Positions 1 to 12,050 of a DNA stretch of 64,000 nt are shown here, one piece after another. A program made the position numbers and the translations under genes. Source of the DNA: Botryllus schlosseri (lineage: Eukaryota); NCBI GenBank assembly GCA_051294905.1, contig CM119371.1, positions 1,304,001-1,368,000 of the forward strand, read 5' to 3'. The notes beneath the pieces were generated by a model, which worked only from the letters and a program-made list of their open reading frames with translations, did not search any database and was not told where the DNA came from. Positions within the stretch are counted from its first letter, which is position 1. Each line of letters begins with the position of its first letter.

Positions 1-107
1 CTTCTTTTGTGATCACTATGCCCATCGCCCTACGTTAGGTAGCACAGCGTTGTATACTGACGTAGAGTTTTAAACCGTGGTTACCTACTTTATATCGATA
101 TTAAATT

Positions 108-175
108 CATGCGGCCCGCGGCCGCTACGAAATTTGAAAAGTGGCCCGCGACCCGTTTTGAGTTGGCGACCCCTG
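108..175. mobile_element. Terminal fragment of hAT (Charlie/Buster-like) MITE
   Basis: Ends in agttggcgacccctg (reverse complement CAGGGGTCGCCAACT) with subterminal ggcccgcg motifs; followed by an nnnTAnnn-type site gcgtaagc. Other end not in window. Confidence 0.7.
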
Positions 176-1095
176 GCGTAAGCGGTGCCTTACAAAAGCC
201 TAGAAGTGTACCGCGCTACAAATCGACAGTTAAGGAATTAAAATTAATTAATTTTGGCCTGGTGTAAATGATCATTGTAGTCTACAAACACCATGAATAC
301 CACAAACAACAGCCCAAGCAACAGCTCTTGGTTTTAAAAAATCTTGTTGAAACTTGACATATTGTCTTCAAGGGTAGTGATGAATATAAGTTGAGTTGCT
401 TTGACAAGGTGTCTTGAGTCAAAAAGTATGGGTGCCATCGGTCTACCAGCTCCCAAACTTACGCATTTCCATGTTCAAATGCAGTGTACTCTTGAGACTG
501 CAATTCCACCACCTTACAGTAAAAAAATGAAAAAGCAATGAAAATATGTCCTCGAATCCAGCTTTCATATGATACCCTACTCGCTTGAATATTTTTATAG
601 GATTTTGAACAATTTGCATTCTAAATTGTGCTACGCTTGACCGCTTCCAGACCATCGATCAAATTTCGCCTCAATTTAACCTGCAACTTTAGATAACTAA
701 GGTAAACCGATTTACCTTAGTTATCTATAATGTAATACCACACCGCATGGCATTTAATACCACATGGGAATATAGACCAAATAGCCTAGCTACTCAGATA
801 ACCGAGTGCCAAATCTCAACTCTAGGAGATAAGATCTGTTTGCACCTTTCCGAATTTTACATTTATAAACCTGAATGCTGTAGAGCTGAAATGAGCAGAA
901 AATCGTCAAATTTTCAAAATGAGGTAAATTTGGACCCAGAGTTCCATTTTCCTCAAATAAACTTCAGTGTGTTTGAAATTGACTCATATATAATTGCATC
1001 AAATTTCTGAAGATTTGGGAATGAGGTTGTTCCAACTATTGTTGTCCAGGTTGGAAATGGCCCGTTGGGAACCACTGGGTTATTTGCACTGTATT
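176..1095 (-). pseudogene. Degenerate coding-like segment of unidentified gene (possible hemopexin-like repeats), copy 1
   Basis: Minus-strand frames with stops give ANNPVVPNGPFPTWTTIVGTTSFPNLQKFDAIIYESISNTLKFI*GKW and IVQNPIKIFKRVGYHM. Similar peptides recur at ~4900-5200 (LEQLNAII, IIENPIKIYPVGY). Domain assignment is weak. Confidence 0.35.
690..727. repeat. Perfect 17-bp-arm palindrome (mini TA-bounded element)
   Basis: tagataactaaggtaaa-ccga-tttaccttagttatcta; related palindrome at 1805-1848. Confidence 0.8.
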
Positions 1096-1209
1096 AATTG
1101 CAGACATGGCGGCGTCTATGACAATGCTGTTCTCAAATCCCCATTTTATCCGTCATTATCGACGAGAAATGGCTTTGAAAAGACAATGCCGTCGATAAAA
1201 TTCATTCAT

Positions 1210-1342
1210 TAAATACGATTTATTCCGTGTATATGTGGACAAATGGGCGAATAATGTATCAATTTAGCAAACCGGCCCGCCAAGTAGGCATACTGAATTT
1301 TTGTATATCCGACCCGCCGACTGGAGAAGTTGCCCGCCCCTT
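1210..1342 (-). mobile_element. Truncated hAT MITE end (same family as 5700-6206)
   Basis: Reverse complement aligns with 5700-5820 (caggggcggcaacttctccggtcggcgggcc...). Confidence 0.75.
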
Positions 1343-1850
1343 GCGTAAGCGGTGTTCTATAAAAGCCAAGAATTGAGCTGTACTACAAGTCGGCGGCAAC
1401 GGAATAGAAATGAAGAAAATTCCGGTCTGGTGTCAATCAGGGCTCTGGAGCCGGAGCTGTAGCCCGGAGCCGGAGCCCCGGAGCAGTGCATTTTCGCCGG
1501 AGCCGGAGCTCTAAATAAAATACAGCCGGAGCTGGAGCCAGTTATTTGAGGAGTAGCTCCGGCTCCGACGTATTTCATAAGATGCTATTATATATGCAAC
1601 AACCACATCTGCTGATTTATCTTAATTGAACAGCAGGCCTGAATTTTAATGCTGTGCACAGCAATGGCATATAGAGTAAGTGCGTTCTAGTGCAACTATG
1701 ATGTTATTGACAACTGACAAGTATGATGTCACAAGCCAGCACGGCGGCACCTATGTCTTTGTTGCTACATCGGATGTTACTGACGGCTGACAGACTCTAA
1801 ATTACTATATAGATAACTAACTTAGGGGTAGATTAGTAATCTATATAGAC

Positions 1851-2775
1851 TAAGAATGGCGAACCTTTTCGGCTAAAGGGGCACATGCAATTGACGAACG
1901 AGTGCGCAGTCCACTAGCCGCGCCAAGCGGGTAAAAGTATTCAACGTTTATGAATAAACTAGGTCAATAATATTATTACTTGAGTATATTGCGGGTCAAC
2001 TGTATACCGCCCGCTACCGAGCGAGATAGTATAATGGTTATGCGTCCGGCTTCTCGAGCGGTAGGTCGTGCGTTCGATCCCAGGCCGGGTCATACCAAAG
2101 ACTTGAAAAATGGTATCCGCAGCTATCCTGCTAGGCGCTCAGCAATCACGGATAGCATGGAGGAGAAAAAAAACGGGGGCGCAGACTAGATGACCTCATG
2201 GGGCCGTATCGCAACTCGGTCGCCAAAGCATCTCGATGGTGCAGGCGAAAAAGAATATCATTTCTCTCTCTCTCTCTAGGCTCACTTTGCAAGGACACGA
2301 CTATTCGGCGTCTGGCCACATCGATATCGAAGGTCTCCGATAATATGCGACAATCATTTTGTGCCTATATTTCACCGTCGACGATCTTTATGCGAGCGAA
2401 TTAAGCGAATTAAGTTAGACTCAATCGGGTAAATTAGACATTTTTTCCATTTTTAGTAGGGGTAGGCTACCAAGCAAGAAATCGTAAGACAATTATAAAC
2501 GCGAAGCGTGAAGAAAAATTTCACTACTATTTTAGTTTATTGTAATGTACAACGATTTACTGAAAATGTGACTGGACCCTGGATCTGCCAATGCCTCGGA
2601 ACTGATATTTTAGTCATCAACATCCCAAGTGTTGCAGCCAGACTTGTAATTTTGGTTGGCATTGCAAGTTCACAATTTGAGCCATTCATTTTTGATAATA
2701 TAATAGGAAATTACCTCGCTGGCCACGCAAAACCCTCTCGCGGGCCACATTTGGCTCGCAGGTTGACCACCGCTG
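1851..2775. mobile_element. hAT (Charlie-like) MITE nested in 1438-4725
   Basis: Degenerate left end taagaatggcgaacctttt, right end ggttgaccaccgctg; TSD atatagac at 1843-1850 and, displaced by a later insertion, at 4567-4574. Confidence 0.7.
2010..2278 (+). mobile_element. tRNA-derived SINE (MetaSINE-like central domain)
   Basis: A box tagtataatgg, B box cgttcgatccc, central ccaaagacttgaaaaatggtatc...gctaggcgctcagca, (CT)n tail; related copies at 23092 and 30435. Confidence 0.85.
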
Positions 2776-2781
2776 ATATAG

Positions 2782-4564
2782 TAGTGCGGGGCATGGACCG
2801 GAGCCGGATCGGATATCCGGCCGGATTTTTTCAATTTTGGTCGGGCCGGGTCGGAGCCGGATCAGTATTTTTTCTGCTACGGCCGGAGCCGGATCGGAGC
2901 CGGATCAGTATATTTTTGATCCGGCCACAGCATGACTATAGTAACTTCCGACCACAGTGAGAAAATAACCGAGCCATATCTGTAAAATCACTGAGCCATG
3001 ACCCAAATTTATGCTAACTCATTCAATCGCAGCATTTATTATATGACTAAGCATTTATTACCTCCTACATCCTTGTTTCCAAGTGCTGTATGTGGTCGAT
3101 GCGGTCTCCTTAGCGTGCAGTGAGATGGCTGGTAATCCTAGGCTGGTAATCCTAGTATTATAAGATCATCGAAAATGGCAAAAGCCTTGTATGAAGAAGG
3201 GAAACCAAACGCGATTCATGTGAAGGGAAATAAAAGTGAGGTGTGGAAGAGTTTTGCCTTGCCAACTGGCCCTGGCACCAGTGAAGTGAGGAGGGCGGTG
3301 ACTACTCATGATTTGTTCTCTGTCGGCATGGTGGTTTGATATTCAAGCATGAGAGAAAGAACAGTGGCACAACACATTAAGCCACTCATATCAAAACCAG
3401 ATGCAGTGTATCGAAAGTCATACCATCAGCGGGCCAACGTTCAATGTCATCCTTTCTGACAAAAAAAATCTGCTCCGCTTCCGACTAAAGGCCAAGGTAC
3501 AATTGCTTAAAGTAGCCACATCGTTCATTGTAAAGGATTTGAGACCATTCCGATCTTTAGAGGGTGATGGTTTTGTCGAACTTGCTCAAACATTTATGGA
3601 TATAGGGTCGGTGTATGGTCGAATGAATGCAGAAGAAATAATCCCATCCAAACATACCGTTGAAAGGGAAGTTCTAAGCCGTGCTGCACTGGAGAAGGAA
3701 AAAATTTCTATCATTTGGAAAGCGACTATTGGCGAATATGGGATGATTGAGCTCACCACGGATATGTGGGCTGATGTCAAAAGCAGACATTACATGTCAC
3801 TGACAGCCCATTACATTCGCGAGGAAAAGTTGCACTCTGTAGCAATATCTGCAACAAAGTTTGAGGAGCAGAAATCAGGTGTAAATCTGCTAAATAAAAT
3901 CCAGGAATGTTGCACTGAGATTGGACTAGCTCTATGCTAGACTTCTGTTATTTTATAACAGATGACGCAAGCAATATAAGATCTGCACTGACAACACATC
4001 AGAGAATGACATGTGCTTGCCACATGTTGTCGACTGTCCTGCAGCACACGTTACAGCCCTCGATGTCCGTGCATAGTCACTGCCCTATAGTTCTGTCTGA
4101 TACTGACATGATAGAAAAAGTTTCTGATACAATATCTCGTTGCAAGTTGTTGACCGCATATAGCCTACCTTGTCATTTTTAATTCGATACCAGCCTGTGA
4201 GTGTAGTTTTCATATCCCATACAAACCTGTGAGTTTTTGTTACCATGTAGCCTACCTTGTCTTTTTATATTCGATACCAGCCTGGGAGTGTTTATGTAGT
4301 GTTTGTGTAGTTTTCATATTCCATACAAAGCTGTGAGTTTCAATGCCATGTTTCTTTTTTTCAATATAACCTGAACCCATTGCCTACTACTGCATTTGTT
4401 GTTAACTGGAAATAGCTAGTCATACATGAATATTATCGGAGTTTTTTGGATCGGATATCGCTCATTTCAAGTATCCGGCCTCGGAGTCGGAGTGGAGTCG
4501 GACCAGAGGATTGTGGAACAGGATCGGAGTCGGACCAAATAATTTGTCGATCCGCCCCGCACTA
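2782..4564 (+). mobile_element. Internally deleted hAT transposon
   Basis: 11-bp TIR TAGTGCGGGGC; exact 8-bp TSD tgatatag (2774-2781, 4565-4572); CCGGA subterminal repeats; transposase relic inside. Confidence 0.93.
3175..4182 (+). pseudogene. hAT (Hermes/Ac-like) transposase pseudogene, frameshifted and 3'-truncated
   Basis: BED-finger-like KSEVWKSF...SGTTH*ATH; DLRPFRSLEGDGF; TTDMW; YMSLTAHYI; ITDDASN...CACHML (CxxH). The third catalytic residue and dimerisation domain are absent. Confidence 0.9.
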
Positions 4565-4799
4565 TGATATAGACAGGCCCATTCGATAATTTCAGAGCCG
4601 GAGCTGGAGCCGGAGCAGTGGTAATAATGCGGCTCCGGAGCTGGAGCCGGAGCTAATGTATAATAGAATAAAGCTCCGGAGCCGGAGCTGGAGCAGTTTA
4701 AATTTACGGCTGCTCCAAAGCCCTGGTGTCAATCAACAAATCAGTTTATTAATATTTCCATCATTTCAAAACATCACAAGACTGCGATACAATGAAAAA

Positions 4800-5230
4800 T
4801 GACCATAGTAGCCAACAAACACAATGAATACCCCAAAACAAACAATATATGTTGCAAGTCTGCGAAGGGTGCTTAATGCTTATAGTCAATGAAATTGATA
4901 TAAACACTGCTTAGACGACAAATGTAAAACATTTATCATGTGTAGCCTACGGGATATATCTTGATTGGATTCTCGATGATGGTGTTGGCTATACTGTATA
5001 AGTTGTTTTTTGAGATAATATCTGGCGTAAGGATAGAAACTGGTGTTCCACTCCCAAAAATAGATCATTCCAGTCCAGTCGATTCCTCGTTGACATTTTT
5101 GGCAACGCGACCGAATATATTGATTTTGTGGAATTATTATAGCATTCAATTGTTCCAGTGAATGTATTATTGAACATTTCAAAAGTCAGCATGTACTTCA
5201 CCACAGAGGCATAATATGTCCCAAGTCGTC
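4800..5230 (-). pseudogene. Degenerate coding-like segment, copy 2 of 176-1095 (continues 1343-1437)
   Basis: 1343-1437 plus 4800-4850 align with 176-320; peptide similarity to 560-1040. Confidence 0.35.
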
Positions 5231-5620
5231 ACGAGTTATCATGTATATCAATATATTATTTTACGGAAATGTAGGGTTTGAATTATGAATATGACGTCAC
5301 TTTGGTGACCCCTATTGACACGAACCAAAACCTTTCAGGGGTTCGCACCATCCCTAGTTGGTAGTCCGTGACTGATGCTTATTCAACCAATCAATGAAAT
5401 TGATATAAACTGCACATCGTTGTCTAACGTAGAAAATCTAACAGGCGTACTATTTCTTGTGTCTTTATTATTTTTGGCCTTATAAACGCTGAGACGGTGA
5501 GGCTTCTTGCTCAAGCATTACAGTACTTCTGAGACGCGGCATATTATTTGTATTTATTTTTATTGAAAAAATTGCTTGAACATGAAACTATGTCGAAATT
5601 TGCTGCGGTCTGCTTAGGGG

Positions 5621-6328
5621 CAATGCTCCCTCTAATTTTGACGAGTCTGCGCACACTCACCAATTCACTGCGCAGACCCTTGGACAACAGTGCGTAGCGC
5701 AGGGGCGGCAACTTCTCCGGTCGGCGGGCCAGATATGAGAAAATTAAGTACTCGGCGGGCCGGATCGATACATTATTATTCGCGTATTAATCCACCTATA
5801 CAAGGAATAAACCGTATTTAATGTAAACTTTAGCTTTAGAGCATAGACAAAAAACAGTATTTAACGGATTTATTACCCTAATGTACTACTAATGTCAACA
5901 AGTTCTTTGAACTCTGGCTGCACCTTGTACGTATGTAGAACCCCTAAGTAAAGACTGCACGTGAACATCAGTTATATTGGAACGGAGCCTTGTCTTGTTT
6001 ATGTTCATGGTCGAAAATGTTTGCTCGCGAATGTACGTAGACCCGAACAGAACATAAGTAGTTTCATGAACATCTTTCTAAGGTTGGCAAACAGTTCGAT
6101 TCATTCTTCGACGCATGATAATTGTCAATACTTTCAGATCTGCGGGCAGCTCAAAATGATGTCGCGGGCCGGATCTGGCCCGCGGGCCGTATGTTGCCCG
6201 CCTCTGGCGTAGCGACTAAAAAAAAGGTCATCACTTCGGATTTTTTGTGCGCAACTTAGATTTTCTGTGCGCATAGACCGTGTCATCACTGCGCATTTGC
6301 GCACGTGCGCAGCTTAGAGGGAACATTG
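5621..6328. mobile_element. hAT-type MITE
   Basis: TIR CAATG(C/T)TCCCTCTAA; TSD cttagggg (5613-5620, 6329-6336); TGCGCA subterminal repeats. Confidence 0.9.
5700..6206. mobile_element. hAT (Charlie/Buster-like) MITE nested in 5621-6328
   Basis: Ends caggggcggcaac / gttgcccgcctctg; exact TSD gcgtagcg (5692-5699, 6207-6214). Confidence 0.9.
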
Positions 6329-7339
6329 CTTAGGGGGGGGGCGGCATTTTCAACGAAACCCATCGACGGCAGCGCCAGCTGGTACTCCACTGCAGGAACC
6401 ATCTTGATTTCATATGTTTCTTGTATCGTGAAACTAAATACGTGCAATTAAGGTGTTGGCGAAATTTTTAATTTGGTAATATCGGTAGCAATGAAAAATA
6501 TTTGCTCAATGTCAATGTAGCAATAACACTGGACGACATGATATCTGCTTTTGTGATGAAAAAGTGACAACGAAGTCAATTTTTCTACGCTGATTACGAA
6601 TATGAAGTCGCTTTTTTCTCACGTAACAATTGTTTATCATCTGTGATTTAAAAGTTTGCATTTCATTGCTAAAAACAGACTGTTCTGTGACATATTCCAT
6701 GCTATTGGGTCATAGCTATATTGATTGTGACGTCAACGGAATATGTCAAAGTATTTAGGTACTCGAATACTCCAGTAGAAGTAAAAGTAAGTAGCAAGTA
6801 GCCTATTCTAGGTCTAGTGTTTGATATCAGTATCAATCTAATATTATCTTACTTTTAAAACATCACAAGACTGCGATACAATGAAAAGATAAAAAGGCGT
6901 CGAAACGAATTGGAGTAGTCTCTCCTACGCGATGTAAAGAAGAAATATGCACGGCACACTGAATTAAAAATAAACGACATTGAGGCTGTGAAGCATTTGT
7001 AAACAAACAAAAAAAACTTTAGAATTTCGTGTGCCAATGGTTTTAAGAAAAACACACAGACATGGAAAGATTGTTACATTTGATCATGTTTTTTGGGGGA
7101 TTCAATGTAAAAAATGATCATAAAATTACATATCCAATTTGACTTGCGTAATTCGACTGACTCCTCGTGGGCTAGATGTCACAATTCCATTGCCTTCAAA
7201 ATTTTTACCAATAGTTGAAGAAGATTCTCTTGGTAAGAGCCATTGTCTGACGTGATCAGCAGCTGTGATCCGAAGCTATATCAGGTTGAGCCAAATATAT
7301 TTGTCGTAAATGTAAATTTTACCGAAGGAATTTGCTCTA

Positions 7340-8190
7340 ATTGTAGGTTTCAGAATAAAAGCCAGACGTATTCTCGGCACTGATACCTCGCCTCCGAGCC
7401 CTCTTTTGTCTATGTTGTCGTTGTTCAAGGTCTTATAGAGACATTGAGAACTGTGAATTGCGCCTTCTTATTCATGCATCAAGCCTCAAAGCTAATTTGT
7501 CACACAATACAAATCATTGTGCGTTTATCTCCGTATCTGGTACAAATGAAATCAAGAGATCATAAGAGAATATGAAACTTTTGATTTAAAATTTGGATGA
7601 TATTATTCAAACTACTCAAACGTGTGAAGTTTCCGTAGATTTTGAACTCATAAATATGCTACTGGTTCAACTGTCTAAAACAGCGAGGTATCCTTGTTTT
7701 ATTTGTGAATGGGACAGTAGAAATCATTGAATTAAATGTAAGTGGCCAATGAGGGAGTATCTTGCAGCAGGATCTACAACAGTGGTTCCCAACGTGGGCG
7801 ATATCGCCCCCAGGGGGTGATTTGGCGGTCTCGGGGGGCGAAAATGACGGGGGGGGGGGCGATAACGCGTCTAAACGGCTGACCTTTTATTTAGTCAACC
7901 CACGGAAATTTAGTTACAAAAGTGTCAAATTAGACATCGACCCGATAAGATGACCTTTTTTTGTTTTTGTTTTTTCAGTCAACCCGCCGGTGATTACAGT
8001 TGGTATGTTGGCGATGATCGTTGTTGAGCTTGAAAGGGGGCTATGGGTTGAAAAAGTTTGGGAACCACTGCTCTACAACGTTGCAGAGCCTGCTCTGATC
8101 GACATATGTAACTTTGTATTTCCCTAATGATAGCCTATATATCAAACCATCACATGAAAAAGTTTTCAAATGCTCTTTTCAAAAAGAGTT
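7340..8190 (+). pseudogene. DNA transposase relic, Chapaev-3 (CMC)-like
   Basis: Broken frames ELRLLIHASSLKANLSHNTN...ENMK, VDFELINMLLVQLSKTARYPCFICEWDSRNH*IKCKWPMRE and YNVAEPALID...LYIK resemble the WRLFIDSS..SLKAVLLHN / KYPCFLCLWDSR / PLHIKLG motif series. Family name is from memory. Confidence 0.65.
7780..8070. mobile_element. hAT (Charlie-like) MITE inserted in transposase relic
   Basis: TIR CAGTGGTTCCCAA; TSD atctacaa / ctctacaa (7/8). Confidence 0.88.
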
Positions 8191-9516
8191 CACGTTCTTA
8201 ATGCATCCACGAAAAGTTTCCTCTCTCGAGTTAATACAATAGAGTGTGTAAGTGTATATTTGTTGTACCTCAGAACACTCACCAAAACCCCATATTTCTT
8301 ACTAGGAAAGCGTATTTGGAAAAATACTACATGACTAATTTTCATGCAAGTTGCATCCAAATTTCCTAGAAACACGAAGTATCGTGAGGGCGTCAGTGCC
8401 TCGCCAGCCATGAACCTCACCGCACGTCACTCGTGTACCATAATGTTTTAAGTGTGTAGTACAAGGATTAGGTTAGCCTATATTGGTTGGGTATACTGGG
8501 GAGTTCCAGATCCTCATCACAATGGACTCGCCATCACAATCCATATTACAGTGGATCACCTCGAACCTTTGTCAAAAGTCATGTGTGAACTGAACAAGTA
8601 CGTGATCTTATGACGTCACGTGATGTCATATTGCTGATTCCAACCCTACATTTCAGTATTCACGATTCCCAGTTACGACTCAGGCCAGATTATGCCATAA
8701 TGCTTTAGTAAGCTACGTGCCGACAGCAATCCCGACAATGTATTCGGCATCTATTTCTCTCATCACGTCACAATTTTTCGCCCAAATCGAATTACATTTT
8801 TGCTCACAAACGACTATGATAAATGTCTTGTGTTTCTAAGAACATCGTATGGCTCTCACCGAAATACCGTTAAAAAGCTGTAACTTGCAAAAGATCTATT
8901 TATTCAAGTTTCGCATGCTCAAATAAGACAAGCAGCGTGAATAGTACAGGTTTTTACGGACCAAATGTGGCGCACACGACGAATATCAGGTATATTGGGA
9001 TCGAATTAGTTCTAGCATGACGTCACGGTTTTTAATTATGACGTAGAAGATTATTGATATGAATGGCTCTTTGGGAGTTTGAACGGGAAAATAGGGTCAA
9101 TATGGCTCCCCGAAAAAAGGAGGTTCCCGACCCCTGCTTTAAACATTTGGCCACATGATCGAGCAATCGCGGTACTTCATCCGGGCTATACTGATGGCTT
9201 CCATTGCGTTTAATCGAAGTATCAACAAAATGATGCCTTCATGCCCATAACACTAACAAAATTATCATGTCTACTTTTACACACATTTTGCTAGTTCTTG
9301 AAAAAGTGCCTCGAGGTGGACCATTCTCCCCCATATAGGATGAAAAATCATTCAACTTACCATGACTCGATGGAGTAGCTTCTCCTTCAGAACTGGTGAA
9401 GTTGAACACATTTTTTACGATCGTCTGATTTCCGGCCACAAGGTTAACCGGGCTCTTGCTGAACGTGAGATTCACATTTTCACCTTGAGCTAAAGTTGCA
9501 GATCCTAAAACATGGG

Positions 9517-10037
9517 TTTAACGAAATATATTGGTATAACGCCATTTTAATAATAGTCAATAAGGAGTTGGTAAACCTTACGTAATTCCCTGAACTGAAA
9601 CCTGATAAGACCTTTGTGAGTCGTATATTTTGTCGTGTGAACGTACATAACAAAGTATAAAATCGTACGATGTTTTGGTGCATAAAACTCTCTCGTGGCT
9701 ATGCGAGACATGCGTAGGTAATACCACGTAAAGACATTCAATTCATGATATTTCGCTGATTCGGAAGTCCGTTGCATTGTCGTACGTGATTCAATAAAGT
9801 ACAAGTCGTGGAGACGGAAACAAAAATATATTCGTCAGTGTGATCCATCGAATACGTGTGCAATAGACAGGTCTGGTGGTACGTCAGCCAACAAGGTCGT
9901 ACGGCGTGGGTTACGACGGTCGTCGAACGGAAGAAGAAACACGCAGCGAATTGTAAACGCAACCTTCTTGGAGTCAATAATACATCTTGGAGTCAGATAT
10001 ACAATTATACAACTACAAACATTCGCTCTGCGTTATA
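9517..10037 (+). mobile_element. 5' LTR of LTR retrotransposon (non-canonical termini)
   Basis: tttaacg...cgttata; homologous over its full length to solo LTR 44727-45236; immediately followed by a PBS. Confidence 0.8.
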
Positions 10038-10052
10038 TGGTTGACCCCGACA
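10038..10052 (+). promoter_or_regulatory. Primer binding site, tRNA-Trp type
   Basis: tggttgaccccgaca approximates TGGTGACCCCGACG, the complement of the tRNA-Trp 3' end; abuts the LTR. Confidence 0.75.
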
Positions 10053-12050
10053 TTTAATTAATCAAGACCGACCGGCCGACCGAAGACAATCAATATAAAG
10101 ATACGCCCTGCCCGACGGCGAGAAATAGCAATACAGCATCGGACCACGGAAACGATAAATATAAAGATTGGCCTTGCACAGCGGCGAGAAAGAGCATTCA
10201 GAGAAAACGACGAGACGTTATTGCCAGGAAGAAATGCAGCGGGGTTGTGCTTTCGACGATCAATACGCCGTAACAAAGACTACAATGAAGAAGACGTCTG
10301 CAGTGTCAGAAAATGTTCGGAAATCGCAGAAGTTAAGCAGATTTGCGGACGGTGGTGCTTCAAGCATGCATCACACGGATTAGAAAAATGTAAGGTAGAT
10401 CGACTTTATTATCTTGCACTACGACGTTAGTTGGTTACTGTTATTGGGATATTGACAAAGTATAGTTTTGTAAAGTAACTTGCAATCATTGGTTTCTATA
10501 CCCAGATAGGGGTCGCATTTCCTGCGAGTCAGGACGCAGGTGCTTATATAGCATAATGTTTTGATAAGAGATGTGTGCGGGTAAACCCGTAGCAAGAAGG
10601 CTACCCTATTTATTCGATGCCATGATGCATCCAATAGCTGAATAGCTTGATATGTATGCGTGATGAATAATGATATATTGCAAGCCTTATGAAGATATAT
10701 TAGGCCTCTGCCATACGACGATACCATTTGTTGAGTATATCATTGAGAAAATATGCACCGCCGTAGTGCATGATATTTGCAAACATTGCTTTGCATGTGA
10801 TACAATAAATAGGGCACACTCTCGTTCTGTTGGTATATGCCAATGTTAAATGTAGGGCTGGGCATTTTTGAGTACCTGAGTGATTCGATTCTGAATCACG
10901 CATTTTGCTTCGAGTCGAGTCGAGTATTCGAGTATAGCTCATTATGACGTCATAACAGAATGTAATATGTTGAAGTTCAAATTTGTACCTCTTTATGCCA
11001 CCACAAAGAATATAATGCGTGCTATCCATCACATTAACCATACTTAGTATTTTTCGACCATCCCGATTCCATTGCACTTTGTGACAATGTTGTAGGATGA
11101 TCATGACTTCGGAAATGTGGTATTTCCAGTAACGTTCGTAGCTTTGTACTTGTACTTCATGCCCTGTTTTCTATGCTGCAATACGGACAATTAAGGTTTC
11201 ATGGCTTCCACAGTGGAAAAGAGTATAGACGCTAAAATTTTTGATAATAAATTAACTTTTAGTGGCGAGAAGCGTATAATATCAGTACTCGAAAAATTCG
11301 TCTTTTACTACTCGACTCGAATCATTAAAATTAATACTCGATTCAGATTCGAGTACTCGAATCATTGTGCCCAGCCCTAGTTAAATGCTACGTGATATGA
11401 ATTAGGAAGTTTCATATCAATTTAGAATAAAATGATTGCAGGTGAATATTCGATTTTTTTATACCCATAACAGTATCTTGCTAATTAGTTCGTGTGCGAG
11501 TGATATTATAGGTTTTGTGAATGCCCAATGTAATGTATCCTTTAATGTTGCCGTAATATCGTGTATGTGTTGTTTTGAGGTAGGCCTATTAAGTGATGTT
11601 TGAGTTTTTTTTTTGATCGCCTAATGTTGTTGATTTGTATTTCAGTAGTCTGCATAAACATACTGATGTTACTTCCCGCCATTTGATGTAGATAACGACG
11701 TGTTCGACGATTTCGTTTGGCAGTTTCTGCCCGTTGATGCGGACAGAGTGGTACTAAACTCCGCGGGAAATCCGGGTGACGTACATGTAATTTCGTCTAG
11801 TTGTGATGACAGCGGTAGCGACTGTCCGGGTAGTGTTAGTGACGCGTCTCGAGAGCGTACATCTGAATGCTTACCTGTTGATGTCGATCGCGATAATAAT
11901 GGGCATGAATCCAAATCTAAGACCCAAACATGTAATGAAGGCAGAAACTCTCAACGAGACAAGCCGAAAGTATACGTCCAGAGGGAGACGAATTGTTAGA
12001 CCAAGACATTTGAATGATTATGTGTTGCATTAAATCGCGTAGAATAAAGA
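10053..12050 (+). mobile_element. Internal region of non-autonomous/decayed Gypsy-like element
   Basis: Follows the PBS and ends in RKYTSRGRRIVRPRHLNDYVLH*, resembling the TRSGRxxxxPxxLxDYV tail of Gypsy pol. No RT/integrase core or 3' LTR seen. Confidence 0.6.
10853..11379. mobile_element. hAT (Ac-like) MITE
   Basis: TIR TAGGGCTGGGCA; exact TSD gttaaatg; ACTCGA subterminal repeats; related copy 35479-35960. Confidence 0.92.

Larger units (their letters stand above)
1438..4725. mobile_element. hAT-type non-autonomous element, outer shell of a nest
   Basis: TIR CAGGGCT(C/T)TGGAGC; exact 8-bp TSD gtgtcaat (1430-1437, 4726-4733); subterminal GGAGCCGGAGC arrays at both ends. Confidence 0.92.

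Noticed and set aside
2015..2090. tRNA gene (also 23095 and 30438)
   Set aside because: A/B boxes are present, but there is no convincing cloverleaf and the sequence continues into a SINE body and tail.
3401..3940. Functional transposase CDS
   Set aside because: Frameshifts and stops on both sides, and the C-terminal catalytic/dimerisation region is missing.
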